This document shows, one piece after another, positions 28,973 to 39,314 of a stretch of DNA of 64,000 bases. Both the position numbers and the translations under genes were made by a program. This stretch comes from Myxococcota bacterium. Its GTDB lineage: Bacteria > Myxococcota > Kuafuiibacteriia > Kuafuiibacteriales > Kuafuiibacteriaceae. Where the stretch lies: NCBI GenBank assembly GCA_050331295.1, contig JBHJGZ010000007.1, positions 350,422 through 414,421 of the forward strand, given 5' to 3'. The stretch's first letter is position 1. Each line of letters opens with the position of its first letter. The notes below the pieces were generated by a model. That model had not been told where the DNA came from. It worked only from the letters and a program-made list of their open reading frames with translations, and did no database searches.

Positions 28973-30160
28973 GTGTCGAGTATCCTGACTTCCGCACTGG
29001 ATGTCCTGCTCGAGCTCAGCCCCTGGCTTCTTCTGGGGGCAGCCGCCGCCACTCTGCTGCACCGTGTACTGCCTCGGGGATTTGCATCCCGAAATCTGGT
29101 CGGGCCCTGGGGCGTGGTGAAGGCGGTTTTGATCGGCGTGCCGTTGCCCCTGTGTAGTTGCGGGGTTCTCCCTACGGGGTTGAGCCTGCACAAAGACGGG
29201 GCCAGTCGCGGAGCCACGGTCGGATTCCTGGTATCAACCCCTCAGACCGGCGTGGATTCGGTGTTGGTGAGCGCGAGCTTCCTCGGCTGGCCGTTCGCGT
29301 TGGCCAAGCTCGCAGCAGCCGGCATCACCGGGCTCCTCGGCGGATTTCTCACCGATGCCGTGGTCCACGATGCCAGCGCGCAGGCCCCTGAACCCGCTTC
29401 GAAGGGCCTCCGACCGAGCTGGCGAGAGAGCTTCACCCACGGGCTCGAGGTCGTCCGGATGGTTCTCCCCTGGGCGTGGGTCGGCATCGCGGTTTCCGCC
29501 ATCCTGAGCGCGCTGGTACCCCAAGAGGTCTGGCTCGAGCTGCGGACCCAAAGCCCCTGGCTGCTGATGCTGGTCGCCTTGGGGCTCTCGCTTCCCCTAT
29601 ATGTTTGTGCCACTGGGTCGGTCCCCATCGCCGCGACGCTGGTGGCTCATGGATTCCCGGTGGGTGCGGCCCTGGTCTTCTTGATGGCTGGGCCCGCCAC
29701 GAACGCCGGCACCCTCGGAGCCCTCTGGCGGAATTGGGGGGCGAAGAGCACCTTCGTCTACCTTTTGGTGATCGTGGCCGGAAGCCTGGGGTTCGGATGG
29801 GTCATGACCGACCTCTCCGTGGTCCGCGAGGTTCCGGGAAGCCACGTGCACTTCGACGCCTTCCGAGTCTTGGCCGCGCTCGTCATCACCGCCTTTACCG
29901 TCGAATGGTTGTGGGGCCGGCTTCGAACGTGGGTGGGTCGGTTCGGGCCTGTCGAGCGCGAGGTTCAACTGAAGGTGAGCGGGATGCACTGCGGTGGGTG
30001 CGCGCGTAAGTTGCAAGATAGCCTTCTCACGGTCCCCGGCGTTCATCACGCTTCGGTGGACTCGGACCAGGGCATCGCGGTGGTTCGGGGGCCGGCCGAC
30101 GTGACGGCCTTGGTGGACCGGATCCGGCGTGCCGGCTTCGAAGCTCAGTCTCCCTCCTGA
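28973..30160 (+). CDS. SO_0444-family putative Cu/Zn efflux permease with C-terminal heavy-metal-associated (HMA) domain
   Basis: Polytopic permease with CSCG motif and a C-terminal HMA domain carrying GMHCGGCARK. Confidence 0.7.
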   Translation: MSSILTSALDVLLELSPWLLLGAAAATLLHRVLPRGFASRNLVGPWGVVKAVLIGVPLPLCSCGVLPTGLSLHKDGASRGATVGFLVSTPQTGVDSVLVSASFLGWPFALAKLAAAGITGLLGGFLTDAVVHDASAQAPEPASKGLRPSWRESFTHGLEVVRMVLPWAWVGIAVSAILSALVPQEVWLELRTQSPWLLMLVALGLSLPLYVCATGSVPIAATLVAHGFPVGAALVFLMAGPATNAGTLGALWRNWGAKSTFVYLLVIVAGSLGFGWVMTDLSVVREVPGSHVHFDAFRVLAALVITAFTVEWLWGRLRTWVGRFGPVEREVQLKVSGMHCGGCARKLQDSLLTVPGVHHASVDSDQGIAVVRGPADVTALVDRIRRAGFEAQSPS

Positions 30161-30174
30161 GTCTTCCTCGGGTC

Positions 30175-31158
30175 TCACTCCCGCTGCGCCTCGAGAAGGG
30201 CACGAGCGCCGAGCGAAGGCGTCAGATCCCCCGAAGCGACCCGTTCTTCGATCTCGGGCAAGAGTTTGGATACGCGCGGATGTCGATGAAACGTCTCGAT
30301 GAGCACCTCCTCGACCGTGGCGTGCAGCCACTCGATCCGTTGCTCCCGACGACGAGCGGTGAATCGCCCGGTTTGCAGCATGATTTCGCGATGGCGAAAG
30401 ACGTCTTGCTTCACCTGTTCGATGCCTTCCCCCGTTTGTGCGCTGGTGAGACGAATCGGGGGGATCCAGGGGCTGTCGTGGGGTACGAACACCCCGACCG
30501 CAGCCCGCAGGTCCGCAGCGGCGGAACGCGCTCGAATGACGTTGTCGCCATCCGCTTTGGTCAGGGCGAGGACATCGGCGAACTCCAGGATGCCTCGCTT
30601 GATGCCCTGAATGTCGTCACCGGCGCCGGCGAGGCAGAGCAGCAGGAACGTATCGACCATGGTGGACACGGAGCTTTCGCTCTGCCCGACCCCGACCGTC
30701 TCCACCAAGACGATGTCGTACCCGGCGGCCTCCACCAGCTCGATGGACTCCCGGGTCCGCCGAGCCACCCCGCCCAAGGTTCCGCCGGACGGAGACGGTC
30801 GGACGAATGCATGGGCGTGACGACTCAGGCGAGCCATCCGCGTCTTGTCGGCCATGATGCTGCCCCCGGTTCGGATGCTGCTCGGGTCAACCGCCAAGAC
30901 CGCCACTCGATGCCCCTGCTCCACCAGGCTCATCCCGAATGTCTCGATGAAGGTGGACTTGCCCACACCAGGAACGCCACTGATGCCCAAGCGAATCGCC
31001 GGGGGGTCGGGAGGTCGTAGAGCGCTCAGCAGCTCCAGAGCCTCGGTTCGGTGCTGGGGTCTGCCGCTTTCCACCAAGGTGATGGCACGCGCCAGCGATG
31101 CCCGATGACCCGAAAGGACGCCGCGCGCCAACTCCGCGGGCGGCGGTCGAGCATTCAA
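30175..31158 (-). CDS. meaB: methylmalonyl-CoA mutase-associated GTPase MeaB/ArgK
   Basis: G1 motif [10 protein letters not shown]3 [11 protein letters not shown]4 TKADGD; TTG start overlaps the mutB stop as TTGA. Confidence 0.9.
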   Translation of the reverse strand: MNARPPPAELARGVLSGHRASLARAITLVESGRPQHRTEALELLSALRPPDPPAIRLGISGVPGVGKSTFIETFGMSLVEQGHRVAVLAVDPSSIRTGGSIMADKTRMARLSRHAHAFVRPSPSGGTLGGVARRTRESIELVEAAGYDIVLVETVGVGQSESSVSTMVDTFLLLCLAGAGDDIQGIKRGILEFADVLALTKADGDNVIRARSAAADLRAAVGVFVPHDSPWIPPIRLTSAQTGEGIEQVKQDVFRHREIMLQTGRFTARRREQRIEWLHATVEEVLIETFHRHPRVSKLLPEIEERVASGDLTPSLGARALLEAQRE

Positions 31159-33314
31159 GCCGGATGCTCCCGCGTTTCCAGATCCGATACCATTGCCTTC
31201 AACAACTCTGCCGCAGCCTTGGAAATCACGGTTCCTGGTGGAAAAATCGCCCGCGCGCCGGCGTCCATCAGCGCCTGATGATCGTCGGGTGGAATCACGC
31301 CACCCACCACGACACCGATGTCTTCACGCCCTTCGGCCCGCAAGGCTTCGACCAGGGCCGGAACCAGCGTCAGATGCCCCGCCGCCAGCGAGCTGATTCC
31401 AACGATGTGCACGTCGTTCTCGACCGCCTGGGTGGCTGTTTCCTCCGGGGTCTGGAACAACGGACCGATGTCGACGTCGAATCCGAGGTCGGCAAAAGCA
31501 GAAGCAATCACCTTTTGACCGCGGTCGTGACCGTCTTGGCCCATCTTGGCCACCATGATGCGAGGCTTCCGGCCTTCCAGCGCTTCGAAGCGACGGACCA
31601 GCTGGTCCACCTCCTCGAGGGATTCGCTGGCCGAGCCCAATGAGCGCCGATAGATTCCGGTCACGGTCTCGGTGGACGCCTGATGTCGACCGAACACCTT
31701 TTCGAGCGCTGAACTGATCTCTCCCACCGTCGCCCCGACGCGAGCTGCAGCCACGGAGAGCCCCAGCAGGTTGCCCTCCCCGGTTTCGGCTGCCCGCGTG
31801 AGCGAGTCGAGGGCAATGGCGACCGCCGGCTCTTCTCGCTCCGACTTCAGCTTGTTGAGCCGCGCCAGCTGTCCTTCTCTGACCGTCCGATTGTCGACCT
31901 TCAAAACGGGAACCGTCTCCGGCTCTTCCAAGGGGAATTTGTTGAGGCCGACCACCGTCTGCACACCCGAGTCGATGCGGGCTTGGGCCTCGGCGGCAGC
32001 TTCCTCGATCCGAAGCTTGGGTAGGCCCTTCTCGATGGCTCGCGCCATGCCGCCGTGGGATTCGACTTCATCGATGTGGGCCTGAGCTTTTGCCGCGAGA
32101 TCGGCCGTTAGCCGCTCCAAGAACCAGCTGCCACCCCAAGGGTCGACCGGCCGTGTGCATCCCGCCTCATGCTGAAGAATGAGTTGGGTGTTGCGGGCGA
32201 TGCGAGCACTGAAGTCCGTCGGAAGTGCAAGCGCCTCGTCGAAGGAATTGGTGTGAAGGCTCTGTGTATGTCCATGAACCGCCGCCAAGGCTTCGACCGC
32301 GGTCCGCCCGACGTTGTTGTAAACATCCTGGGCCACCAGGCTCCAACCGGAGGTCTGACAGTGGGTGCGAAGCATGGTGGACTTCGGATTCTCGGGGCCA
32401 AAGGCGGACATCGCACGGTGCCACAAAAGACGGGCGGCCCTCAGTTTCGCTACCTCCATGAAGTAGTTCATGCCGATGCCGAAGAAGAACGAGAGCCGTG
32501 GAGCAAAAGCATCGACGGTCAATCCAGCGTTTCGTCCCGCGCGGACGTACTCGATCCCATCCGCCAACGTGTATGCGAGTTCGAGGTCGGCGGTCGCACC
32601 TGCCTCCTGCATGTGGTAGCCGCTGATCGAAATGCTGTTGAAGCGCGGCATGTGCTCGGCGGTAAACGCGAATATGTCACTCACGATGCGCATCGAAGGC
32701 TTCGGCGGGTAGATGTACGTGTTTCTCACCATGAATTCTTTCAGGATGTCGTTTTGAATGGTTCCTGAAAGTTGAGCCGGCTTCACACCCTGCTCTTCGG
32801 CCGCGACGATATAGAGCGCCATCACCGGCAGTACGGCGCCGTTCATGGTCATCGACACGCTCATCTGGTCGAGGGGTATTCCACTAAAAAGAGTCCGCAT
32901 ATCCTCGATGCTATCGATGGCCACACCAGCCATCCCAACATCTCCGGATACACGGGGATGGTCGCTGTCGTATCCACGATGGGTGGCGAGGTCGAAAGCG
33001 ACGGACAGGCCCTTTTGACCAGCCAACAGGTTTCGCCGGTAGAACGCGTTCGAAGCTTCAGCGGTGGAGAATCCAGCGTACTGACGAATCGTCCAGGGCC
33101 GGCTTAGGTACATGGTGGCGTATGGACCACGGACGTACGGCGGCAGTCCCGGAAACGCGGCAAGATGGTCCAGTCCACGGACGTCCTCCGGTCCATAACT
33201 CGAGCGGACGTCGATCCCTTCGGGCGTCCGCCAGTCTTCCCGTTTCGGTCCGGACCATTTCTCCGGCGGACGGTCCGCGTGCAGGGGCAACGTATGAAAT
33301 TCAGGCAGACTCAC
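31155..33314 (-). CDS. scpA: methylmalonyl-CoA mutase large (alpha) subunit, B12-binding
   Basis: Full MCM catalytic barrel plus C-terminal B12-binding motif ([15 protein letters not shown]); 719 aa. Confidence 0.95.
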   Translation of the reverse strand: MSLPEFHTLPLHADRPPEKWSGPKREDWRTPEGIDVRSSYGPEDVRGLDHLAAFPGLPPYVRGPYATMYLSRPWTIRQYAGFSTAEASNAFYRRNLLAGQKGLSVAFDLATHRGYDSDHPRVSGDVGMAGVAIDSIEDMRTLFSGIPLDQMSVSMTMNGAVLPVMALYIVAAEEQGVKPAQLSGTIQNDILKEFMVRNTYIYPPKPSMRIVSDIFAFTAEHMPRFNSISISGYHMQEAGATADLELAYTLADGIEYVRAGRNAGLTVDAFAPRLSFFFGIGMNYFMEVAKLRAARLLWHRAMSAFGPENPKSTMLRTHCQTSGWSLVAQDVYNNVGRTAVEALAAVHGHTQSLHTNSFDEALALPTDFSARIARNTQLILQHEAGCTRPVDPWGGSWFLERLTADLAAKAQAHIDEVESHGGMARAIEKGLPKLRIEEAAAEAQARIDSGVQTVVGLNKFPLEEPETVPVLKVDNRTVREGQLARLNKLKSEREEPAVAIALDSLTRAAETGEGNLLGLSVAAARVGATVGEISSALEKVFGRHQASTETVTGIYRRSLGSASESLEEVDQLVRRFEALEGRKPRIMVAKMGQDGHDRGQKVIASAFADLGFDVDIGPLFQTPEETATQAVENDVHIVGISSLAAGHLTLVPALVEALRAEGREDIGVVVGGVIPPDDHQALMDAGARAIFPPGTVISKAAAELLKAMVSDLETREHPA

Positions 33315-33327
33315 TGCTCAACCTCCC

Positions 33328-35313
33328 TCACTGTTCATCTTCCAACTGACGCCAGGTCGAGTTCAAGAACGCCAAGACGTCGTCCCCCAACCTCACGGAT
33401 GCTTGAATGTAGGACGAGAGCGCCTCCGGAGGCGCACCTGCGAGTCCGATCCATCGAGCCCCCCCCGCCGAGAGAGCTCTGACCGCATCGGCTCCAGAGG
33501 CCGCGTAGTCTTCGTCGCGCCCACACAAGACACACAGGGCGCAGCCCGCCTCGGCAATCTTCTCTGGGGGCCCGACCACCGCCTCCAGGCCCCCAGCCGC
33601 CAGAAGATTGGTCATCCACGAAACGCGGCCTCCGTGGTCTTTCGGGGCCCCCAGGGCCGCCAGATAGACCTGGGGTCGGCGGCCAGTGGCAGACAGAACC
33701 CGGTCGCTTTGGTCTCGAAGGACCTCGAAATCCGTAGCCCACCGAAACCTTCGGAGCGCCGGCATGGCGTCGAAGCGCTCACCTCCATCGGGCCGCAGGA
33801 TATCTTGCACATCAGAGACCTCGGCCAACGCCTTGTCGAAGTCGGCGGCCTCGAAAGCCCCCCAAGACGGCCCTTCGACGATGCGTTGGGATTCCTCGAA
33901 GCGACTCTCTAGTCCCTCGTCGACTTCCAGGTTCGGGTACTCCGAGACTCCGACGATCGAGACCTGGCGACGGGCGATCCGTTCGCGAAGGCGCAACCGC
34001 TGACTATTGACCCGCTCTTGGAGTTGGCCGGAGAGCAAGCTTTGAACGAGGCCTCCCTCCCGCTCGACCTGCTGCATCGCTGCCCATCCAGCCTCCGCCA
34101 TCTGGGCGGTCCTTGCTTCGACGTAGTAGGACCCACCCGCTGGGTCGGCGACGTGGCCTATCCTCGATTCTTCTTGCAACATTACTTGCAGATTACGAGC
34201 CAGTCGACGGGAAGACTCTTCAGGTCCGTGGGCTGCGTGGTCGTAAGGAAGAGCAATGATGGAGTGGGCGCCTCCCATGGCTGCCCCGATGGTCGAGGCG
34301 GCAAGCCTGATGTGATTGGTCGGCAAATCTCTCCGGGTGAACATGGACGTCAAGGGCATCGCCTCGACACTCAAATGGGTCAGCGCTTCAGGAGAACCGA
34401 GCGCTTCAAAGATGCGTTCCAGGCCCCGTCGAAAAGCGCGGAACTTGCAGACCGTTTCGAAGACATCGGGTCCAGCCGCCAATCGCAGTTCCATCCGGCC
34501 CAGCACCGAGGCCGGCGCGATGCCCTGGTCGTCGAAGATCCGGGCCAACTCGATGATATGGGACAGACCGCAACCGAGCTCCAAGTCGACGTCAGCCCCG
34601 ACCTCGGGCCAGATGGCCACATCGATTCGGCCCGGCTTGACCTTCGGAAATCGTTCGACGCACCGATGGGCGAGACGCGCGAAGCTCTTTCGAATCTCCG
34701 CCCACGGCCCCGGAAGCGCTCCGTGCCGCACCCATGAGGCAATGGGGTCTGCACCGAGTCCACCCTTGATGGCTTCGCCTGCCGTTTCGCTCTTTTCAAA
34801 CGCGCGCAAGAGCCCCAAACCCGTAGGTAGCCAGGCCACGCCAGGCTCCAAATGAGCGCCGGCGAGGTCGAGCTGGATGTCCCGAATCACGCTTCGAAAG
34901 TCCGAGGGTCGAAGGAGCTCCACCCCGCCCGTCCACCGGGCGCCGGCCCCTCGCAGCCGAGGCTCGAGCACGAACAGGACCTCGTGGGCTCCGCGTTGCA
35001 GGTCGCTCAGGGCCTGACGGCGCGCATCATCCACGGAACCTGCCGCGACCGGAGAACGAATCAGCCATGCCGGCTCGGTCGCCCAACCGCGAACCGCGGG
35101 CGTGGGCTGACCGGAGGGCAGATGCTGAGCCCCGTATACGGGCTCCATCACCAGCCCCCGGACCGTTTTCCGAAGCTTGGTGGGCGAAAGGCCCAAGCGC
35201 GACAGCTCTGCTTCGAAGGCCTCCCAAGAGGCCTCAGTCTCCCCTGAGGATGTCGACGAAACCACGTGAGGATACGACGCCGGGACACGTATTGGGTCAA
35301 CCCGTGGAGCCAC
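33328..35313 (-). CDS. mutA: methylmalonyl-CoA mutase small (beta) subunit
   Basis: MCM-fold lacking the B12 DxHxxG motif; sits directly upstream of the alpha subunit; 661 aa. True start may be downstream of the first M. Confidence 0.8.
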   Translation of the reverse strand: MAPRVDPIRVPASYPHVVSSTSSGETEASWEAFEAELSRLGLSPTKLRKTVRGLVMEPVYGAQHLPSGQPTPAVRGWATEPAWLIRSPVAAGSVDDARRQALSDLQRGAHEVLFVLEPRLRGAGARWTGGVELLRPSDFRSVIRDIQLDLAGAHLEPGVAWLPTGLGLLRAFEKSETAGEAIKGGLGADPIASWVRHGALPGPWAEIRKSFARLAHRCVERFPKVKPGRIDVAIWPEVGADVDLELGCGLSHIIELARIFDDQGIAPASVLGRMELRLAAGPDVFETVCKFRAFRRGLERIFEALGSPEALTHLSVEAMPLTSMFTRRDLPTNHIRLAASTIGAAMGGAHSIIALPYDHAAHGPEESSRRLARNLQVMLQEESRIGHVADPAGGSYYVEARTAQMAEAGWAAMQQVEREGGLVQSLLSGQLQERVNSQRLRLRERIARRQVSIVGVSEYPNLEVDEGLESRFEESQRIVEGPSWGAFEAADFDKALAEVSDVQDILRPDGGERFDAMPALRRFRWATDFEVLRDQSDRVLSATGRRPQVYLAALGAPKDHGGRVSWMTNLLAAGGLEAVVGPPEKIAEAGCALCVLCGRDEDYAASGADAVRALSAGGARWIGLAGAPPEALSSYIQASVRLGDDVLAFLNSTWRQLEDEQ

Positions 35314-35332
35314 GGATGTTACGCCTCCTCCG

Positions 35333-35674
35333 ATGATTGAGCTTCCCTCCTCAGCTCCGATGGCCCGTTATCAAAGCTATATCCAGGAGCTAGAGGCCTT
35401 ACATGGCTGGTCGGGAGTGGACCTCGTCCACAACTGCTTCCTGATGGGTGAGGAGGTGGGGGAACTGTTCAAGGCGGTTCGGAAATACGAAAGTCTGTTC
35501 TCGGACGCCCGTGTCGGCTCTGTAGGCGACGCTGGGAGCGCCAAGACCGAAGTCGCGGAAGAGCTCGTGGACGTTTTCAACTACCTTTTGGCCATCGCGA
35601 ACCGTCTCGACATCGACCTCGAGGCCGCGTTTCGGGAGAAAAATGAAGTCAATCAGGGCCGCAGGTGGACATGA
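35333..35674 (+). CDS. MazG-like nucleotide pyrophosphohydrolase domain protein
   Basis: MazG EExxE motif (MGEEVGELFKAVRK ... EELVDVFNYLLAIA); 113 aa. Confidence 0.7.
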   Translation: MIELPSSAPMARYQSYIQELEALHGWSGVDLVHNCFLMGEEVGELFKAVRKYESLFSDARVGSVGDAGSAKTEVAEELVDVFNYLLAIANRLDIDLEAAFREKNEVNQGRRWT

Positions 35675-35698
35675 ATCGGGTTTGCCTGGGTACTCAGG

Positions 35699-36931
35699 TC
35701 AGTACAGTATCCGGCTCTTGATCGTGCCAGGGAGGTTTTGAAGTTGTTCTTGAAGAGCTGGTGAGGTCTCTCGGTCGACATCGATGACGACATAACCGAG
35801 CTCGGGTGTCGTCTGAAGATATTGACCCAGAACGTTTGCCTCTGTCTCTGCGATGGCTCGGTTTATTGCCCCCAATACGCCGGGTTGATTTCGGTGAATG
35901 TTGAGCAGACGATGAGTGTTCTCTTTCACTGGCAAACTGATGTTGGGGAAGTTGACGGCTCCTAGGGTCACGCCTTGGTCGCTGTACTGAACCAACTTGT
36001 TCGAAACTTCGACCCCGATGTTTCGTTGGGCTTCGGTCGTGCTTCCTCCGATATGTGGGGTCAAAATCACGTTGGGCAGCCCCTGCAACGGACTCTCGAA
36101 ACGTTCTTCCTTGGACTTGGGCTCCCTAGGAAAGACGTCGACGGCGGCTCCCAACAGATGACCCGACCGGATGGCCTCTGCCAGGTCTTCGATCACCACC
36201 ACGTTCCCTCGAGAGGCATTGATCAAACAGGCTCCTTTCTTCATCTGGGCCAGCCTGCGATGGTCGATCATGTTGGCGGTGTCCGGCGCCTGTGGCACGT
36301 GAAGCGTGACCACGTCACAATCGGGAAGAAGCTCTTCCAGACTGTTTATCTGGCGTGCGTTTCCCATGGGGAGCTTCGGCTCGATGTCGTAATACAAAAC
36401 GCGTAAGCCGAAGGCTTCGGCCAGGATGGAGACCTGCGATCCGATGTGGCCATAACCGACGATGCCCAATGTCCGCCCGCGGAGTTCGTGGCTCCCCGAG
36501 GCCGACTTGAGCCATTCTCCACGATGTGCCGCCGCGTTCTTGTCCCCCAGCCCCCGCAGCAACATCACGGTTTCGGCCAAGACGAGCTCCGCGACACTTC
36601 GAGTGTTCGAATGTGGGGCATTGAAGACCGGGATGCCTCTCGAGGCAGCCGCTGCAAGATCGACTTGATTGACGCCGATGCAAAAGCATCCGACCGCCAT
36701 GAGGCGACGTGCCTTCTCTACCACTTCGTCGCTCAGCTGGGTCCGGGAGCGAATGCCCACCATGTGCGCACCCCGCAGGGCTTCTTCGAGCTCTCGACCC
36801 GTCAGTGACGTCTCCAGGCGTCGAACATTCGCGTATCCAAAGCGCGCCAGGTTCTCCACGGCGGTCTCGTGAATGCCTTCGAGCAACAAGATGTGAATTT
36901 TCTCTTTCGGGAAGGAAAGCTTTTTGCTCAC
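35699..36931 (-). CDS. serA: D-3-phosphoglycerate dehydrogenase with C-terminal ACT domain
   Basis: NAD-binding GIVGYGHIGSQV; catalytic His/Glu region; C-terminal ACT domain; 410 aa. Confidence 0.9.
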   Translation of the reverse strand: MSKKLSFPKEKIHILLLEGIHETAVENLARFGYANVRRLETSLTGRELEEALRGAHMVGIRSRTQLSDEVVEKARRLMAVGCFCIGVNQVDLAAAASRGIPVFNAPHSNTRSVAELVLAETVMLLRGLGDKNAAAHRGEWLKSASGSHELRGRTLGIVGYGHIGSQVSILAEAFGLRVLYYDIEPKLPMGNARQINSLEELLPDCDVVTLHVPQAPDTANMIDHRRLAQMKKGACLINASRGNVVVIEDLAEAIRSGHLLGAAVDVFPREPKSKEERFESPLQGLPNVILTPHIGGSTTEAQRNIGVEVSNKLVQYSDQGVTLGAVNFPNISLPVKENTHRLLNIHRNQPGVLGAINRAIAETEANVLGQYLQTTPELGYVVIDVDRETSPALQEQLQNLPGTIKSRILY

Positions 36932-38325
36932 GGAAACACCTTTCCTGGATTCAACAACCCCTCGGGGTCCATCGCATTCTTGAGGCTTCGAAACAGCGAC
37001 AACTCAGCGGGGCTGCGACTGTACTCGAGGTAGTCGCGCTTGAGGAGTCCGATGCCATGTTCAGCCGAAATGCTTCCACGATGGGCACGGACCAATTCGA
37101 ACAGGACGCGGTCGGCTTGATGGCAGACGTCCAAGAAAGCCTGAACCTCCCAGTCTTCGGGCTTCATGATGTTGATGTGCACGTTGCCGTCGCCGACATG
37201 CCCGAACAGGTATGCGCCAAAATGGGGATATCGTTCAGCCAGGGTCCGTTCGAGATCGTCCACGAAGTCCGGAAGTCCCGAGACTGGAAGGGCCACGTCG
37301 TTCTTGTGCAGAAAACCGGCCTTGGACAGCGATTCACTGATGCCCTCCCGGACTGCCCAAAGGTCTCTGGACTGCTTCGACGACTCTGCCAACACCCCGT
37401 CCGACACCAGTCCCTTGGAAAAAACAGATTCCAGCCAGTTCTCGGCCCCCGAACCCGAGTCGAGCGGCTCGAGTTCCACCAACACGTACGCCGCACTCGG
37501 CCGGGAAAAAGGTGAGGTTGCAGCCCCTTGGGCGCTCACGACGTCCATACACCGATCACTGAGAAACTCGAATGCCATCAGCTGAAAGCCAGTCGCCGAC
37601 CGAGCACTTCGGAAGAGCTCCAACGCCGGCCGGAGGCCGTCCACCGCGAGAAGAGCGACCCGGGTTTCGGAGGGAAGACGAGTGAGCTTGAGGGTGGCGG
37701 CGGTGATGACGCCAAGCGTTCCTTCGCTTCCGATGAACAGATGGCGAAGGTCGATACCTGTGTTGTTCTTCTCCAGCGCTCCGTTGAGAACGAGCGTTTC
37801 ACCGGTCATGGTCAAGACCTCGAGGCCGAGTACCCACTGGCGGGTCAAACCGTAGCGAACCACTCGAATGCCCCCAGCGTTGGTGGCGATGTTTCCGCCA
37901 ATCTGACTCGAGCCCGCGGAGGCAAAATCCACCGGCCAGGTGAGCCCCTCGGTTGCCGCATGCTCGTGCACTGCCGCGGTGACGGCACCTGCGCCCACAC
38001 GAACCGTCCGGGCGACCGCGTCCACCGGATCCAGCTTTCGGATTCGGTCCAGGCTCAACACCACTTCTCCTCGCGCCGCGACGGCGCCTCCCGCGAGGCC
38101 CGTTCGCCCGCCCGACGGAACGACGGCCCAGCGATGCTCGCGGGCGAGCCGAATGAATCGGGCTACCTCATCAGAGTCTCGAGGAAAGACGACCGCACTC
38201 GGCTCCGGGTGGTAGACCCTGGTCCAGTCGCGTCCGTAGGTTGCGAGATCGGAAGCCTCCACCGAAACAAAGCCGGAATCGAAATGGGTCTCGATGAGCT
38301 TCAGACCCGCGTTGCTCAGGGTCAT
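36928..38325 (-). CDS. FAD-linked oxidase, D-2-hydroxyacid / D-2-hydroxyglutarate dehydrogenase-like (GlcD family)
   Basis: FAD_binding_4 domain (AVVPSGGRTGLAGGA) plus FAD-oxidase C-terminal domain; 465 aa; ATGA overlap with the serA start. Confidence 0.8.
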   Translation of the reverse strand: MTLSNAGLKLIETHFDSGFVSVEASDLATYGRDWTRVYHPEPSAVVFPRDSDEVARFIRLAREHRWAVVPSGGRTGLAGGAVAARGEVVLSLDRIRKLDPVDAVARTVRVGAGAVTAAVHEHAATEGLTWPVDFASAGSSQIGGNIATNAGGIRVVRYGLTRQWVLGLEVLTMTGETLVLNGALEKNNTGIDLRHLFIGSEGTLGVITAATLKLTRLPSETRVALLAVDGLRPALELFRSARSATGFQLMAFEFLSDRCMDVVSAQGAATSPFSRPSAAYVLVELEPLDSGSGAENWLESVFSKGLVSDGVLAESSKQSRDLWAVREGISESLSKAGFLHKNDVALPVSGLPDFVDDLERTLAERYPHFGAYLFGHVGDGNVHINIMKPEDWEVQAFLDVCHQADRVLFELVRAHRGSISAEHGIGLLKRDYLEYSRSPAELSLFRSLKNAMDPEGLLNPGKVFP

Positions 38326-38411
38326 GGCGTGTTCTCAACCGGATTGCCGGGACGAGCAAGCAAAGCCGTCCTTGACGAACTGAATCTTCCGAGGGCGCGG
38401 AAGCTACCCGG

Positions 38412-39245
38412 TCAGGTCGGCTTTCGGAAGTGCAGGATCCCCCAGGCCAGGTGACCGGCGTGACCGGCATCGACCCAGTGCTGTAGCCCGGCCTTCATGT
38501 TGGCCAGATATTCCGGACGGCAGGTCGCGCTGAGCTTCGTTTCGTTTTCTTCCAGAACCCGCTTCACCCGCGCGTAGTGGCGAGGCAACTGATGAGAATG
38601 ATCCTCCACCGAGACTTCGACGAGACCAAGCTCTTTCGCGAGCCGACGATACAGCTGAAAAGACCCCATCTCTTCCAAATGAATGCGAGCGAGGACCGGC
38701 CCCAGAACACCACTCGGACAGTCATCTGATTGCATCGGGTCGGTGAAGATGAAGTCGCCTCCCGGTCTGAGCACCCGGAAGACCTCTTGCAACACTTGAG
38801 CTTTCCGTCCGCTGTGCAGGATACTATCCTGACACCAAACCACATCATACTCGGCGTCGGCCTCGGGGATCGACTCGAACGCTGCGTCGACCACTCGGAT
38901 CCGGTCGGCAAGGCCCGACTCCTCGTTCATCGAGCGATTTCTTTGATTTTGCGTCTCGCTCAGGTTCAGCGCGACAACCTGCTGAAGGTTATAGGTCTGG
39001 GTCAGAAATCGAGCGGCGCCGCCGTATCCGGCGCCGATGTCCAGCAGCCGCGTGTCTGGCGTCCAGCTGACCTTCTCTGCCATGGCCTGCACCGTTCGAC
39101 GACTCGCATCCCGAATCGGCTCGTCGTCGGAGCGATACAGCCCGACGTGGATATCCTCTCCACCCCACACCTGAAAGTAGAAGTTATCGGCGTCGTCGCT
39201 ATTGTAGTATTCCTGCGCGACCTTGGTGATTCCGGTATGTGTCAT
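38412..39245 (-). CDS. sarcosine/dimethylglycine N-methyltransferase-like class I SAM methyltransferase
   Basis: SAM motif LLDIGAGYGGAARFL; N-terminal YYNSDDADNFYFQVWGGEDIHVGLY segment as in glycine-betaine-pathway SDMTs; 277 aa. Confidence 0.65.
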   Translation of the reverse strand: MTHTGITKVAQEYYNSDDADNFYFQVWGGEDIHVGLYRSDDEPIRDASRRTVQAMAEKVSWTPDTRLLDIGAGYGGAARFLTQTYNLQQVVALNLSETQNQRNRSMNEESGLADRIRVVDAAFESIPEADAEYDVVWCQDSILHSGRKAQVLQEVFRVLRPGGDFIFTDPMQSDDCPSGVLGPVLARIHLEEMGSFQLYRRLAKELGLVEVSVEDHSHQLPRHYARVKRVLEENETKLSATCRPEYLANMKAGLQHWVDAGHAGHLAWGILHFRKPT

Positions 39246-39314
39246 GGCCCATTCTCTTCGGCACCTCTCGGCACCATGATGTCTTCAACGAGATTGTGAA
39301 AAGCGGGAATCGAC

